This document shows positions 1-12,600 of a stretch of 64,000 bases of DNA, piece by piece; positions within the stretch are counted from its first letter, which is position 1; each line of letters starts with the position of its first letter. The notes below the pieces were generated by a model. It ran no database searches. It had not been told where the DNA came from and saw nothing but the letters and a program-made list of their open reading frames with translations. Origin of the DNA: Geosiphon pyriformis uo1 (lineage: Eukaryota > Fungi > Glomeromycota). A program made the position numbers and the translations under genes. Where the stretch lies: positions 372,001 to 436,000 of the forward strand of contig JAAOMT010000586.1 in assembly GCA_016748015.1 (NCBI GenBank). Direction: 5' to 3'.

Positions 1-2900
1 TCACTCCCAATTTATTAGCTTTTCCTGGTCATTGTTGGTTTCTCAGGTTTGGTCAGCATTCCAAGTAAGTTTTTTTTTTTGTTTTCCTTTTCCATTGTCA
101 TCCCAAAAGGGTATTGATGGTAATTTATTGTGGTTGCCTTCAGTTCATGACACTTAATAGGCTTTCCAGATGGGTTTTTTCTCTTCTTTCTCGAACTTAA
201 TAAGTGGTGCTAGCATGTTGATAGTCTTAAAATGACCACACATGGCAGGTACCTGTATGTGTTGGCTGTTCTGGCTAAGCTGTAGTTCCTGCATGTTCCA
301 GTCAAGCATGGCATTTGTTTTGACTAGCCAGTCATTACTAACTAATGCTTAATACTGCATAATTTCTATCACCAAAACTTTAATTGGGGTAATAATACTG
401 TTTACTTTAAAGGGAAAATCATCAATCTTACTGATAAGAGTTTTGGTCACTCCATTAGCCATTATTATTTTAGCACTGGCAGTATAATCAACTTGGTGAT
501 CTAATTGGTCCATAAGTTGTCATGTAATAATGCTGCCTATTAATCTGCTATCCAGGATTAATTTAATGGCCTGTCTATTGATTTTGGCATTAGTGTATAT
601 TGCTGTAATAGATTTTTCCTCAAGTACAGCTTTACTGAACAAAAAAATTTCTGACAGTCCTTCAATTTTGAAGGGAAATATAGTTGTGAGTAACTCATCT
701 TCCATGACAGTAGCTAGTGAGATGTTGTTGGTAGTAAGTGGTTGTGTTTGTTTGGTTTCCAAGTTGTGAGATGTAATGTCTTCTGAAGTTACTAGGAGAC
801 TTAAATAGTTCTGAGAACTCAGGTTTTGGGTGTATCTAGTTCCTGAACTTTGCTGGCGTGATCCTGATAGCTGGTTGAAGGAGCTGAGAATTGGTTGGTG
901 TACAACCATCACTGATTGCCAGTTTTGGGTGGTTTTCAATCTGGAATTTCTTGATGTCATCTGAGCTGGCAGTATTGAAATTGGTTGGGATTGATATATT
1001 ACTTAAGGCTGTGGCTGATAGATAGATTGGGACTGTAATTAATATATGATGGGTGTTGTTAACTGATAAATTAAAGCTTGATATACAAGTGATTAATAAA
1101 TTGGTTGTTGTGTTATTTAGGTGTAATGAAGTGAGTGTTGATTCTAATTTGAGTATTGATTCAGAGCTTTAAATCTGCAATTGGGGTTTCAATATTGGTT
1201 TTCTGATTATTGGTTTTCTATTCTTAATCTACAGTCAATTTTCAACTGTCCTGGTTTACCACAGTAGTGGCAAACACATGTCTCTTGCTGCCACTGTTGA
1301 TTGGTCACAGGTGATGAATGCAACTAATTCTGGAAACAATTTGCATTTCCTTGATTATTGTGTCATTGTAGAGGTTAATAAATTGCTTGATTGTTAACTA
1401 AGTACCCTTTTAATTTTTTGTCAATAGAATCACTGAATTGTTTCAGCTTAAAATCCAATTTAAATGATCCATTTATTACTAGGTTGATGGCTTAAACATG
1501 ATTAGCTTTGAGTTCAGTGAATTTGAAATCCCATACATTGGTAACTGTGTCTTGGAGAGTTTGTGGGTGCATTGGACATATGCATTAGAGGATGCTACTG
1601 TGCAGTCTATGGATAAACTGGTTTAGAATCTGTGATGCCATAAAATAGTCAACTTGAATTACTTGAATCTGGTGCAAGTTCCTGTGGAAACATTCCAAGT
1701 AAGTGGTAACTGCTTCAGTTTCTTTCTGTTTGATTGTGGTAAAGGTGTTGGCTAGACAATTAATACTGTTATTATTACTGAAATATCCCAAGAATGCAAT
1801 TTTAAATTTCTGGAATGTTTAAAGTTTGGCAGCTAAACTTTGATACCACAAGTCGGCAGTATTCTGTAAGAAATAGGAGTGCTCTGGCGTCATTCCATCC
1901 ATTGGCTGTAATGGCTTTTTCCACATCATTTAGCCACACTTGTGTATTGTCTTTTTCACCTGTGAATTTCTCAAGTTTTATTATTAGGGTGTAGACTATT
2001 GGATCTATGTTTGGTGGTTGTGGTAGTTGAAAGGGTAGTGGTTGAAATAGTATTGGCAGCTGTTAAAGTTGTTCAGCAATCAGATTAATTGGTTGTTGAT
2101 TAATAATGATTTCTAAAAATAAGTTTTCCTGATTAATTAACTCGAAGTTCAGATTATTTGGAGTTTGCTGGATTTAAATATTTGGGGTTTCAACTTCTGG
2201 ATTTTCTGTGATCGGTTTTTGATAATTAAATTCCTGATCCTCTTCTTTTTCTTTTGATGCTGTTATCTTTTAGAGACTTGTAGTTCCGAAATTTGGTTGA
2301 GGTGGCAGTGATCAGAATTCTGATGGTATTGGGAATCACAATTTAAATCCTTCAAAGTAATTGCTGTAAGTTCTTAATAATTCTGCTTTTTTTTGTTTAC
2401 TTTGAAATAGAAGTTGTCCAAATGTTGATGTTGTATTTGATGTGGATGCACCTGGTAATGTGATGTTAATGGTACTACTGAGTGTGTGATAGTATAATGG
2501 ATATAGTGGTAATTCAATTCTTTGTTTCTTCCATGTTGGTAATTGTATTCCTCTTGGTGTTACTGCTGGTGTTTGTAATTTTTTTTACCCTTATCTGTGT
2601 AGGTAATGGGAAATTGTTGTTGAGTGTATTTTTTAATTTTTTGATTAATTTTTCTAATAATTGGTGTGAAACTGTAATTTCGTGGTAAGCTGGTGTGTTG
2701 GATTAATTCTGTATAAAAATTTTCTCTTGCTGATTCAATGTTAACTGGTCTTCCTAGAAAATTCATAATTTTCTCATTGACATAAAAGTTGAAGGCTGAT
2801 TCTGTTGAATAATGGTTGTTGGTTAAGCCCAATTGTTGGCTGTATTATTGAAATAAGGATTTAGCAAATCCTAAATGGTTTGACCCTATGATTTCTGATT
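1..2900 (-). pseudogene. Degraded Gypsy gag-protease
   Basis: ORF fragments 2560..2832 (Gag N-terminus), 1585..1791 (capsid) and 520..960 (aspartic protease) are colinear with the family B gag-PR at 31676-34100. Confidence 0.88.
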
Positions 2901-2957
2901 CTGTTACTTTTGGATAGTTGTTGTTGGTATGGATTCTCTGTAAGATTATACTTTATA

Positions 2958-2967
2958 GAGAGCACCA
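2958..2967 (-). promoter_or_regulatory. Primer-binding site TGGTGCTCTC
   Basis: Lies 2 nt downstream of the LTR end. The core is identical to the family B PBS at 31630. Confidence 0.85.
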
Positions 2968-2969
2968 AA

Positions 2970-3808
2970 TATTACAAATAATTATTTGAAGTCTCAAAGC
3001 AAATAACAAATCTGTAACTTGGTGCTTGATTAATATTTTGCCATTAGTATCTGAAGATTTGGTTGATCTGAAGATTTTGTTGTAAAGTTCTTTGTATAAT
3101 AGACAGAGATTCAATAGTTGTTTCAGTAGCCTCCTGGAATCACAATTCTGTCAAATTTTTTTCTTAGCGTAGTGGCTGGTAATTCTCCTAATAAGCTATT
3201 CTCAAATCTATAAGTGTTCTATCCTTGTTTCACAGGTCTTTTACCAGTCTTTATGACATCTGTAATTCAGTGCTTAATTTTTAATCGATTAGTAAACCCA
3301 AAAAATAACAAAAAAAAAATAGAAAAACAAAAGAAAATAAAGAAATAAGTGAAAGCAATTGCAAGTTAGTATTTCATCAATAGCTGTGATCAAAAGCTAT
3401 TGTTCCAGTATGGTTAAGTATCAATTATTATTAACATAAAGTGTTGATAGTGGGGAGTGAATTGGAGATATTAAATAATTATTTATTGATATTGGTGATG
3501 TAAAAGGTTGCTTAGATCAAATCTAAACTGGAAGGTCTGTCTTTTCTATTTCTAACTCTACTGCTATATATACATAATTGAGATTCCTCAATTCCTTAAT
3601 TCTTCACACCAAAAATTTTGGAATTCCTGGAATCTTGCAATTTCTTTGAGAAGAATTCTGGAATTCTGCAATTCCTTATATGAGAATCCTGAAATTCTTG
3701 AAATCCTGCAATTCCTCAGAGAGGAATTCTGGAATTCCATATTTACTACAGTTACTTCTAATTGGCTAATTTATATGCTAATATACTTCCTATATTCTAT
3801 GAATAACA
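2970..3808 (-). repeat. 5' LTR, family A
   Basis: Reverse complement aligns end to end with 7528-8437 and 59592-60389. Termini are TG...TA (CA mutated), and the PBS follows. Confidence 0.85.
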
Positions 3809-3999
3809 ACATATCAGTCAAGAAATATAAGTACATTAAAATTTCCATCTATAATACAACTGAAGACACCATTAAAATACCAAATAGAACTACCATCAGA
3901 TATTTAAGCACTAAAGTTGAGAACCAATTACCAAACACTATTCCAAATTTTCTACAGCTTTGTGAATATGTGGATATTATATTATAAACAATATACAAA

Positions 4000-5412
4000 T
4001 GAGAAAAATATTATTTGCTCCAACCAAAACAATTAAACCAAATGAATTTAGGAAACTTAGACCCATTTCAATGTATGTGGCTTAAAATATTACTCAACAA
4101 TTTTACCAACATTTTTACCAGTAAAAATAAATTTGGAAGAACTAATATTATCTAGCATTAAATTAAAACTGGAGATGCTATGTCAATCAAACAATAAGCA
4201 TACCAAATACCACTAGCAAGTTATGAAATCATCCAACAGAATGTTGAATAACAGGTTAATTCAACCATCAATAAGTCCATGATTATTACCAGTGGTACTA
4301 GTTTGAAAAAAGAATAAAAAAATCTGCTTTTGTGTGGATTACAGAAAACTCAACAGTGTTACTCAAAGAGACAGCTATTTAACTCCATGAATTCAAGAAT
4401 TATTTAATGTATTTGGAAGAAAGAAATAGTTCTTAACATTGGATCTAAACAATGATTATTGACAAGTAGCCATAAACTTAGCCAATAAAAAAAAACCAGC
4501 ATTTATTACCAAAAAAAAGAACTTTGAATTTGACATTATGCCATTTGGCTTAATGAATACTCTAGCTATCTTTCAATGACTAATGAAAATTATCTATACA
4601 GAATTACTATGAAAATCAGTAGTAATCTATTTGGATAACACCAATGTATTTTCCAAAACATTTGATAACCATTTTTACTATTTGCAACAAGTGTTTGAAA
4701 AACTAAAGAGAGCTGGATTGAAACTAAATACAAATAAGTGCTTTTTTGGCAAAACAGAACTGAAATTTTTGGAACATGTTATGAACAAAAATGGCATCAA
4801 AACAGATTCAGAAAAGATTAAGATAATCAAAAACTTTCTAGTATCAACAAATCTTATAGAATTAAGAACATTTTTGGGATTCACTAGATACTATTGCCAC
4901 TTTATCCAAAATTTCTTCAAACTGGCTTAATTATTTCATTAGCTCCAAGCTAAAGACACCAAATATAAATAGATTGAAAAGCAGCAAAAAGCTTTCAACA
5001 TATTAAGGAGAAAGCTTATCTAAGTTCCAGTACTGATCTATTCAAATCACAACAAGTCATTTATCATTACCACTAATGTATTAGATCAAGCATTAGGAGC
5101 TATATTGTTTTAAAGAAAACCAGATAGAAAAAAACACTTAGTAATATATGCCAGCTGAAAAAAACTATGGAACTTCAGCACTAAAACATTTGGCTATCTA
5201 TTAGGCTGTTATAAAATGGAAAAAATATTTAAGTTAAAAGTTTAATGTGTACACTGATCACAAAGAATTGACATTAATTCAGAAGCAAAAATTTGGAGAT
5301 AACTGTCATACAAGATAAAAAATAGAACTATTACTATTCAATTATACAGTATATTATAAAAGGGAAAAAAAACGGAAATATTGACAGTTTGTTATAAATA
5401 AAACAAATCTAA
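4000..5412 (+). pseudogene. Degraded reverse transcriptase + RNase H
   Basis: ORF 4631..4930 (LKRAGLKLNTNKCFFG, LRTFLGFTRYY) plus interrupted flanking motifs. Confidence 0.88.
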
Positions 5413-5442
5413 GAATATTTCAACCCAAAAATATAACAAAAA

Positions 5443-6800
5443 ATGAACACACAAAAATATTAACAACTCTGATATTTTATCAATACTCAATAGTTCAAGA
5501 AAAAATTATCTTAAAAAGAACAAAATAACATAAAACAGCAAACAAAATATTTTATCACTTATCAAAATATATTATACTAAAAAAACAAAAAAGACCCAGA
5601 TTAGCCACTCAGAGTAATTACAGAACCAGAGAAAAAAACAATACTATTTAATATGCACATAGATCTAACAGCAGAATATTTTCATAGAAAAAACCAGAAA
5701 AAGATATTATTGGCCATCTATATATCTAGATATTATTTAATATGTTCAAAATTGTAATGTTTGTTAAAAAAGAGAAGAAACAAAATTCAATGAACCATTA
5801 AGACCAATTAAAGTGAAACAATCATTTAATCAAATTGGAATTAACTTAATTAGACCATTAATAATAACCAGTAGAAGCAATTGTTATATAGCAGTAACCA
5901 TAAATTATCTCACAAAATGGCCAGAAACAAAAGCAATTCAAAGAGCAGATGCAGAATCCATAGCCAAATTTATTCATCAAGATTTGATTTGTTGACATGG
6001 ATGTCCAAAAAAATTATTATGAGATCAAAAAACTTACTTTGTAAACAGAATGCTAATCAAATTAAGTTAAAAATTTGAAATTAAAAAACCATTATTATTA
6101 CCATATCATCTACAAACAAATGGCTTAGTCAAAAAGTTCAACAAAACATTGTATGAAGCAATAGTTAAGATCAGCCAAAAAAACCAAGATAAATAGGATT
6201 TGTTTATACCATTAATATTATTTGCTTATCAAACAATGAAACAAAATATTATATAAGCAATACTATTTGAATTTGTTTATGGTAGAATAGCAATATTACC
6301 AGTAAAAATAGATATTAAAACATATCCAATAGAACCAATAACAGAAGCTAACTTTCAAAAAACATTGCTAAAAAGAACATATAAGTTAATAAAAACTTTG
6401 GAAAACAAAAGATAAAGAGCAGTTAACAATATTTAAAAGTCACAAAAAAAACAACATAATAATTAATTACTAAATAAACTAGTTAAATTTAAAATTAAAA
6501 ACAAAGTACTCTTACATTGTACTAAAGTAGAAAAACAATAGAGTGGAAAATTTGATTTTAAATAGAACAAACTATTTTACATTGAAAAGATTCTAGAAAA
6601 TAGAGCTTATAAACTAAAATAGGTTAACAAAATCTTAACTAAAGCAGTATATAAAGATCAACTGAAACCATATTACAATATAGCATTATTATTTACCAAT
6701 AATATTTCACAACTGAGAGTACAAAGAATACTAGTTAAACTGGATAAGATTCTATGAAATTTAGAACCAATTATTATCATTAAAACAAATATGTTAAATT
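5443..6800 (+). pseudogene. Degraded DDE integrase
   Basis: ORF 5813..5995 integrase core. HHCC remnant (MHIDLTAEYF...CNVC) and GPY/F-like C-terminus, colinear with 37351-38736. Confidence 0.85.
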
Positions 6801-6869
6801 GAGCTACCAAAACAGTATATAAGAAACCAATACATATAACAAAAACAACAAAAAAAATAAGAATCACTA

Positions 6870-7527
6870 ATAACATTTACTTACTTACACAACAATTATT
6901 ACAACTAATTCAACAACAGGAATCAAGTCTGGAAATCACTATCAATAAACACATAATACAATACAAAGACAAAATAATAAAACAAAAAAACCAAACCAAA
7001 GAGTGATATTTCAAATACCATATTTCGAAGAATATGATAGATAAAATAATAAAAAAGATATAAAAGACATTCAAAAATCCAAAAATATCAATACCAGAAA
7101 AAGAATTGATTTTAAAAAATTAAAACCAATGAATACAACAAAATCTAAAAAACTTTTGTTATTATCAGTTGAAATAATAATTAAGTATTGAAAACTTATA
7201 TACTGACAAAACAAAAAAAAAATTTGATCCAACTTAACTATAACAAATTAAATAACTTGTCAGAAAAAACAATTTATTCACATATACAAGAGCTATTTAC
7301 TGACTATAGATGAGATTTCAAGACAGACCAAAAATATTACTACATTCAACAATAAATATAATAACCATTAATTAATTAGGAAAATTAACCAATGTTCAAT
7401 TTAAAAAATTGCAAATAAAAATCACAAAAACAATTCTGGAGAAGGAAGTTATAAAGTTAATTCAAGAAAAAAATCTAGAAAGTTTGGAAAATTTCAACAG
7501 AGCTTAATATTAAAAAGAAAAGAATAC
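6870..7527 (+). pseudogene. Degraded extra 3' ORF of Gypsy family A
   Basis: LLTQQLLQLIQQQESSLEITINKHIIQY resembles QKLMLVLKTLPNLSITINKSQINY of the family B ORF at 38879. Same position between integrase and PPT. Confidence 0.55.
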
Positions 7528-8437
7528 TATTATTCATAAAAATTAAGATTATTATATAATTAAAGAAATAGCCAATCAGAAGTAGGCATAATAACAGAAA
7601 AATTCCAAAATTCTTTTAAAAAAATTGTAGAATTCTAGAATCCCAGAATTTTTGGATTCTTCATAAAAAATTGCAGAATTTCAAAATTCCAGAAATCTTG
7701 TATAATACCAACTATATATATATAGCAATAATATTAGAAGCAAAAAAAATATTTGGTTTAGTTTTAATTTAGTATTTTTTTTTATCTATTAATTAACTCT
7801 CACTTTATGAATAGTTACTGTCAACCAAAGTGAATTCATTAACAAATATCAAATAAAACATACTTATTATCATCTAATCCATGTTATTATTGTTTGATTG
7901 AAAATTTTTGTCATTTTTTATTATTAACATAGAGTGTTAATAACATCCAATACTTAACCATGCTAGAACAATAGCTTTTAATTATAGCTATTGACAAAAT
8001 ACTAATCTTTTATTTTCTTATTTTTTCTTTATTTTTTTTCTTATTTGTTTCTTTGTTGTTTACTAATTGATTAAAAGATTAACATATGGAATACTGACAT
8101 CAGAAATAGCATTGTTAAAAGACCCAGAAATAAGGGTAGACATTCAGAATTAAAGATAGCTTATCAAAAAATACCAGCCACTAAACTGAGAAAAAAATTG
8201 ATAAAAAAAACTTTTAGAAAGCTATAAACACCAAAACATACTAACTTAAAGATTGAAAAAGAAACTAAAAACATCACAAAAAAATATTACTATTAAATTT
8301 CTGTTTATTATACAAAAGACTCAACCAAAATCTTCAAATCTTGAAAACCTTTAGAGATTACCAATACCATTTAGTTATTGAGTACCAAGTTACAAATTTG
8401 TTATTTGTTTCTATATTCCAAATAATCATTTGTAATA
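7528..8437 (+). repeat. 3' LTR, family A
   Basis: TATTATTCAT...TGTAATA, homologous to the reverse complement of 2970-3808, preceded by a purine tract. Confidence 0.82.
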
Positions 8438-8559
8438 ATACTATACCAAAAAAACAATTTTTACAAATAAATATGATTTTATAAGAGCTTAATTCTAAAA
8501 AAAAGAAATAATATTACTTAAATAAAAAAAAAATCCAAAAAATATTGAAAAAATGTGAT

Positions 8560-8670
8560 TAAAAAATATAATAACATAGAAAAACATAATAACATAAAAT
8601 AATACAGAATAACATATTATAACTCAAAATAACACGAGATAACACAATAACATGAAATAGCACAAAATAA
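8560..8670. repeat. Degenerate ~10-bp tandem repeat (AATAACAYRA-like)
   Basis: Repeated ataaca units. An inverted homologue of the array and its flank lies at ~41450-41700. Confidence 0.5.
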
Positions 8671-9577
8671 TTAATTTTAATTATAGTATAAAAAAATAAA
8701 GCAACAACAAAAATGGCAAACAATAATTAATAATAATAAACAATTAAAAAACAATCTTGTAAAACTAGAAATATGTATAAAAACAAGTAATTTTAACAGT
8801 AAAAAAAGAACAAACAAAGAAAATAGTCAAATAAAAAATATATTCTTTACCTATATTTATAAGATTCACTTTATCTATATATATCTATATTACTTTAAAT
8901 AAAAAAAATATTTGAAACTAAAAATTACTTATTCATAATCTCCAAATCTTGTATTTAAATCAAATTACTTATTTTCTTATTTTTGTTCTTGGCCAGATGC
9001 TCTTAGTATAGAAATGTCTTGAACAAATAACAACTTGAACTAATTACTCTTGATTATATCAATTAATAATACTAATTTTTTTTTTAATTTTTAATTTTTT
9101 TTATTTACTTATGGAGCAGCAACATAAAAAAATTAACTGTTTGGAAATAAACTTTGTAATAGTCTAATAAAAAAGGAAAGTTTTTCTTAAGATTGAATAT
9201 TAATATTATCTTATTAGCTTATTAAAAAAACAAAAAAATACCACCAGATTTTAATAACTGCACTTAACTAGCTTAAAGAAAATAGCTTACATATACAAAT
9301 TGTAATACTATAAATCATATCTTTGTGTCTTATAACTAAAAAAACTCTATAGATAAAACTAATAAAAAATCTTCAAAGACTAATACCAACCAACTTATCT
9401 TAAGTATCCAAAATAAAAGTTTATAAGCTCTTATTATCTAAATTTAAAGCACCAAACATTACCACAATATTCTATTAAATTTATCTATAATAACATTAAA
9501 TTTATTGTATATTAGAGAAATTCTATTAAATATGATTTTAAAAAGAATTTTTCAAGCTATTTTAATTTTTTTTTTTT

Positions 9578-9698
9578 ATTGCTTAACGAGTGAGGTCCAA
9601 ACACTACCTAGCACTATACATCAAGGAATTGATCCAAACTAGGCATAAATCATGCACTTTCTACACGTGATCAGCCACTTGGGCCGATCAGAACAACA
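9578..9698 (-). promoter_or_regulatory. Structured LINE 3'UTR
   Basis: Hairpins TGATCGGCC-CAAGT-GGCTGATCA, CGTGTA-GAAAG-TGCATG and TGCCTAGT...GCTAGGTA, conserved in other copies. Confidence 0.75.
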
Positions 9699-12600
9699 CT
9701 ACGCAGCTATATGAACTGATACTGATTCACCTATACCTGAAAAGAACAAGCAAGCCTTGCGAAAACCAAAATGAACACCTAAAGCACTAGTAATGCCAAG
9801 TAACCTAACCACTCCTGTAGAGAACCTCGAAGCCAAACCATGAACCGAGATGACGGCTGAACCATCTAGTGGGATCAGTCCATTCTTCTCCATATACACA
9901 CAATGCTTAGCACAAATTGACCAGACATTCTCCCTGAAAGCAAGACCAAGAGAGCGCACAAACTTGACAATCTCCAAAACAGCAATCTTGGGGTCGTAAA
10001 AGACGGAAACAGCCTCGCTAAACCATTCATTGAAAACAAAGCCCTTAAAAAGAGCCATAGACACAGAGGAATCAGAAACACTGGATGACAACAGCTGCAA
10101 TATACCCGAGGAGGAGTGAAAGGAGCCAGAAAGCGCCTTCTAGGACCCTACATGAGAATTCAACAACTGGCGCCGAACAGACTCATTAACCTTGCAAGAG
10201 AACACATGATCTGACACCTCCACCTTATCACAATACAAGCATAATATGCTAGAATAACGTTTATCATAGAGGCGCTTCCGAACAGCAATTAGCAGCCGAT
10301 GGTGCAAAGACTTCATAAAATAAGTATGCACACTGGACAAATACCTGCTGGTGAATCCTGCAGCCATGTGCAAATCAGGATGCCACACCAACAACAAACA
10401 GGGCTAATCAATCTCAGAAGACAAGCTGCCAACCAAAACCCCAGAACCAGAACCAACCTCCCATCGCGCATGACAAATAGAACGATAAATATCACGAACA
10501 AAATGCCTCGAATTTCCAGAAACAACATCACCATCAGCTGCCAAGAAGTGCTCACTCAAGTGAGGGGGAAGATACCAATTGGAGAGAGAAGTGGCACCAG
10601 TGATCGCATCAGCATGCTCATTTCCTGAAACACCAGAATGACCTTTCACCTTGCAAAAGTTAACCCTTAACTTCTTACTGTGAATTACGTTGACAATATG
10701 ATGATGTTCGACCCAACACTGATTACAATAATCGGAACACACCAGACCCAACTCCGACCTGCAAGCATCCAACACCGATTGACTATCTGAGAACAAACAA
10801 ACAGAGCTTGACGGGAGAACACACTCCAGAGCTAAAGCAACAGTCTGCAATTCCACCAAAGTAGACGACATCAAACCTGATACCCTTACGCCCAAACCCA
10901 AACCAATGTCCTCAAAAAAAACAGCAGCACCAGCTCTACAACCAACTGTGCCAAGACCACTAAGAGATCCATCCGTATATACTGACAGGCTGCTAGTACC
11001 GGTCACCGAGAGACGATCACGAATAGACACAAATTCACCAGACTCAAGAATGTTCGAAGGACTACCATCTCCCAAAACTAGAGACTGATCATGAGAAGAT
11101 CTCACACCATTGAGAAACAAAACAAAATGCTTGAACCACTCAGGAACTGGGCCATGGGAGTCCAATTTCTTCCACCGCTTGAAAGTGTACCAATCATAGA
11201 CAGCACCATGATGGTCACGAAGTTGATTCACAAAGGCAATACCATACCACCAAAGGGAAGAGAGAAACTTGAGAAACCTTGACTCGCCCAGAACCTCAAA
11301 CATAGGCACTCCACCATGAGACCGAAAGGAACTAACCAAAGAGCCACCCAGAGACACATTGCAATCAACAAGAACACAAACCATGCCTGCCAGAAAGTTA
11401 TTAGAAGCACTGACACAAATACAAACAGGAGAACACAATGGATGAACAGGGCGCCAACACAGAACTTGCAAGTCATGTGACCTGTGGGAAAACAAATGAC
11501 CCAAGATACCACCAGAGTTCGCAAAACCGACAAGGGAAGTGATCTTGCTTTCAGATTGAACTTGAGAAAATGACTTCAAACCATAAAACAAAGGGTAGTA
11601 AACCACATCATTGGGGAAATCGAGCGGCAAACCAGACTTGAGCTTTAAACCTTTACGAATCAGAGCATCCCACTTCCCGCACATGTCAACAGGAATAAAA
11701 CTGAACTGAGTTTTATAGCTGACTATCGGATGCAGAACTGCTGACACCAAATACAAAAACTGCTTATCTGAGACTGCCTTCCTTAACACTAGATTGGTGA
11801 AAAAGCGAACGTCCGAATGCGCCTTAGCCAAGCTAGGCTTCGAAAGACCCTCAGTCAACAGAAAAATGCCCAGATATCGGTGAGATTCTCCCTTTTTGGC
11901 AATAGAAATGGGTGAACCACTGACAGAAAGGGAGGGACTGCTGACTCTGCTATTGATAGAAATGGCTACCGTTTTGTCGTTGTTAATAGAAATGTCATTG
12001 ATAAAAAAAAATTCACTAGCAACATCGAGAATATGTTGAGTAGCTGTCTGACTGTTACCAACCCAAATCATATCATCAACAAAAGCACCAGCGGCAAAAA
12101 AAGAAGAAAACCCAGCCTGGGATTCGGAACTACCATTCTTGGAAACAAAGTGAGAGTTCAACCTATACCCATATACACTCTCCTGTCTTTTGATTTCGCA
12201 CAAAAGAAGATCATAAAATATGCGCCAGAGAAGAGGAGAGAAGACCTCTCCCTGGTCCAAATCATCGTGCACACGGTAACCGCTTGTCAGTCCAAAATCA
12301 GTCATGACTCGGTTGGTACAATCCCTATAAATACCACCAAAAAACCAAATAAATTTGCTACACATCTTAATCCTGACCAAACTTTTCTCGAGATGCTCCC
12401 AGCCAACTGAGTCATATGCCTTCCGCATGTCCTGCAGAACCAGCCATAGCTCCCTGTTTTTTTCCAAAGCATCTTCAACCACCGAACCAATTGCAAAAAT
12501 AGGGGACTGGGTTGTCGTACCCTTCAAAACTGAGAAATTAGCCCCTCGAAGCACGTCAAAAGTACTGCATGCCAAAGAAATCCTGTCCGAGAGTATCTTG

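Larger units (their letters stand above)
1..3808 (-). mobile_element. Ty3/Gypsy LTR retrotransposon family A, 5' part (LTR-PBS-gag-PR), runs off the window edge; inserted antisense into an older family A copy
   Basis: Minus strand reads LTR (TGTTATTC...TGTAATA), then PBS TGGTGCTCTC, capsid (KLEKFTGEK; FTTIKQKETEAVTTYL), zinc knuckle CHYCGKPGQLKIDC at ~1230-1280 and protease LILDSRLIGSIIT (ORF 520..960). Many premature stops. Confidence 0.9.
3809..8437 (+). mobile_element. Older Ty3/Gypsy family A copy, 3' part (RT-RH-IN-extra ORF-3' LTR)
   Basis: RT motifs (FCVDYRKLNSVT, MPFGLMN, YLDN), RNase H, integrase core (YLTKWPETKAI, YHLQTNGLV), degenerate PPT at ~7512-7524 and the LTR. Confidence 0.9.

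Noticed and set aside
3646-3987. 113-aa ORF as a gene
   Set aside because: Chimeric frame of antisense LTR repeats fused to the pre-RT spacer of the host element.
1-8437. One element with inverted terminal repeats (DIRS-like) or an internal inversion
   Set aside because: It has a DDE integrase rather than a tyrosine recombinase. The junction is a precise LTR end and the two halves differ in decay, so nesting explains it better.
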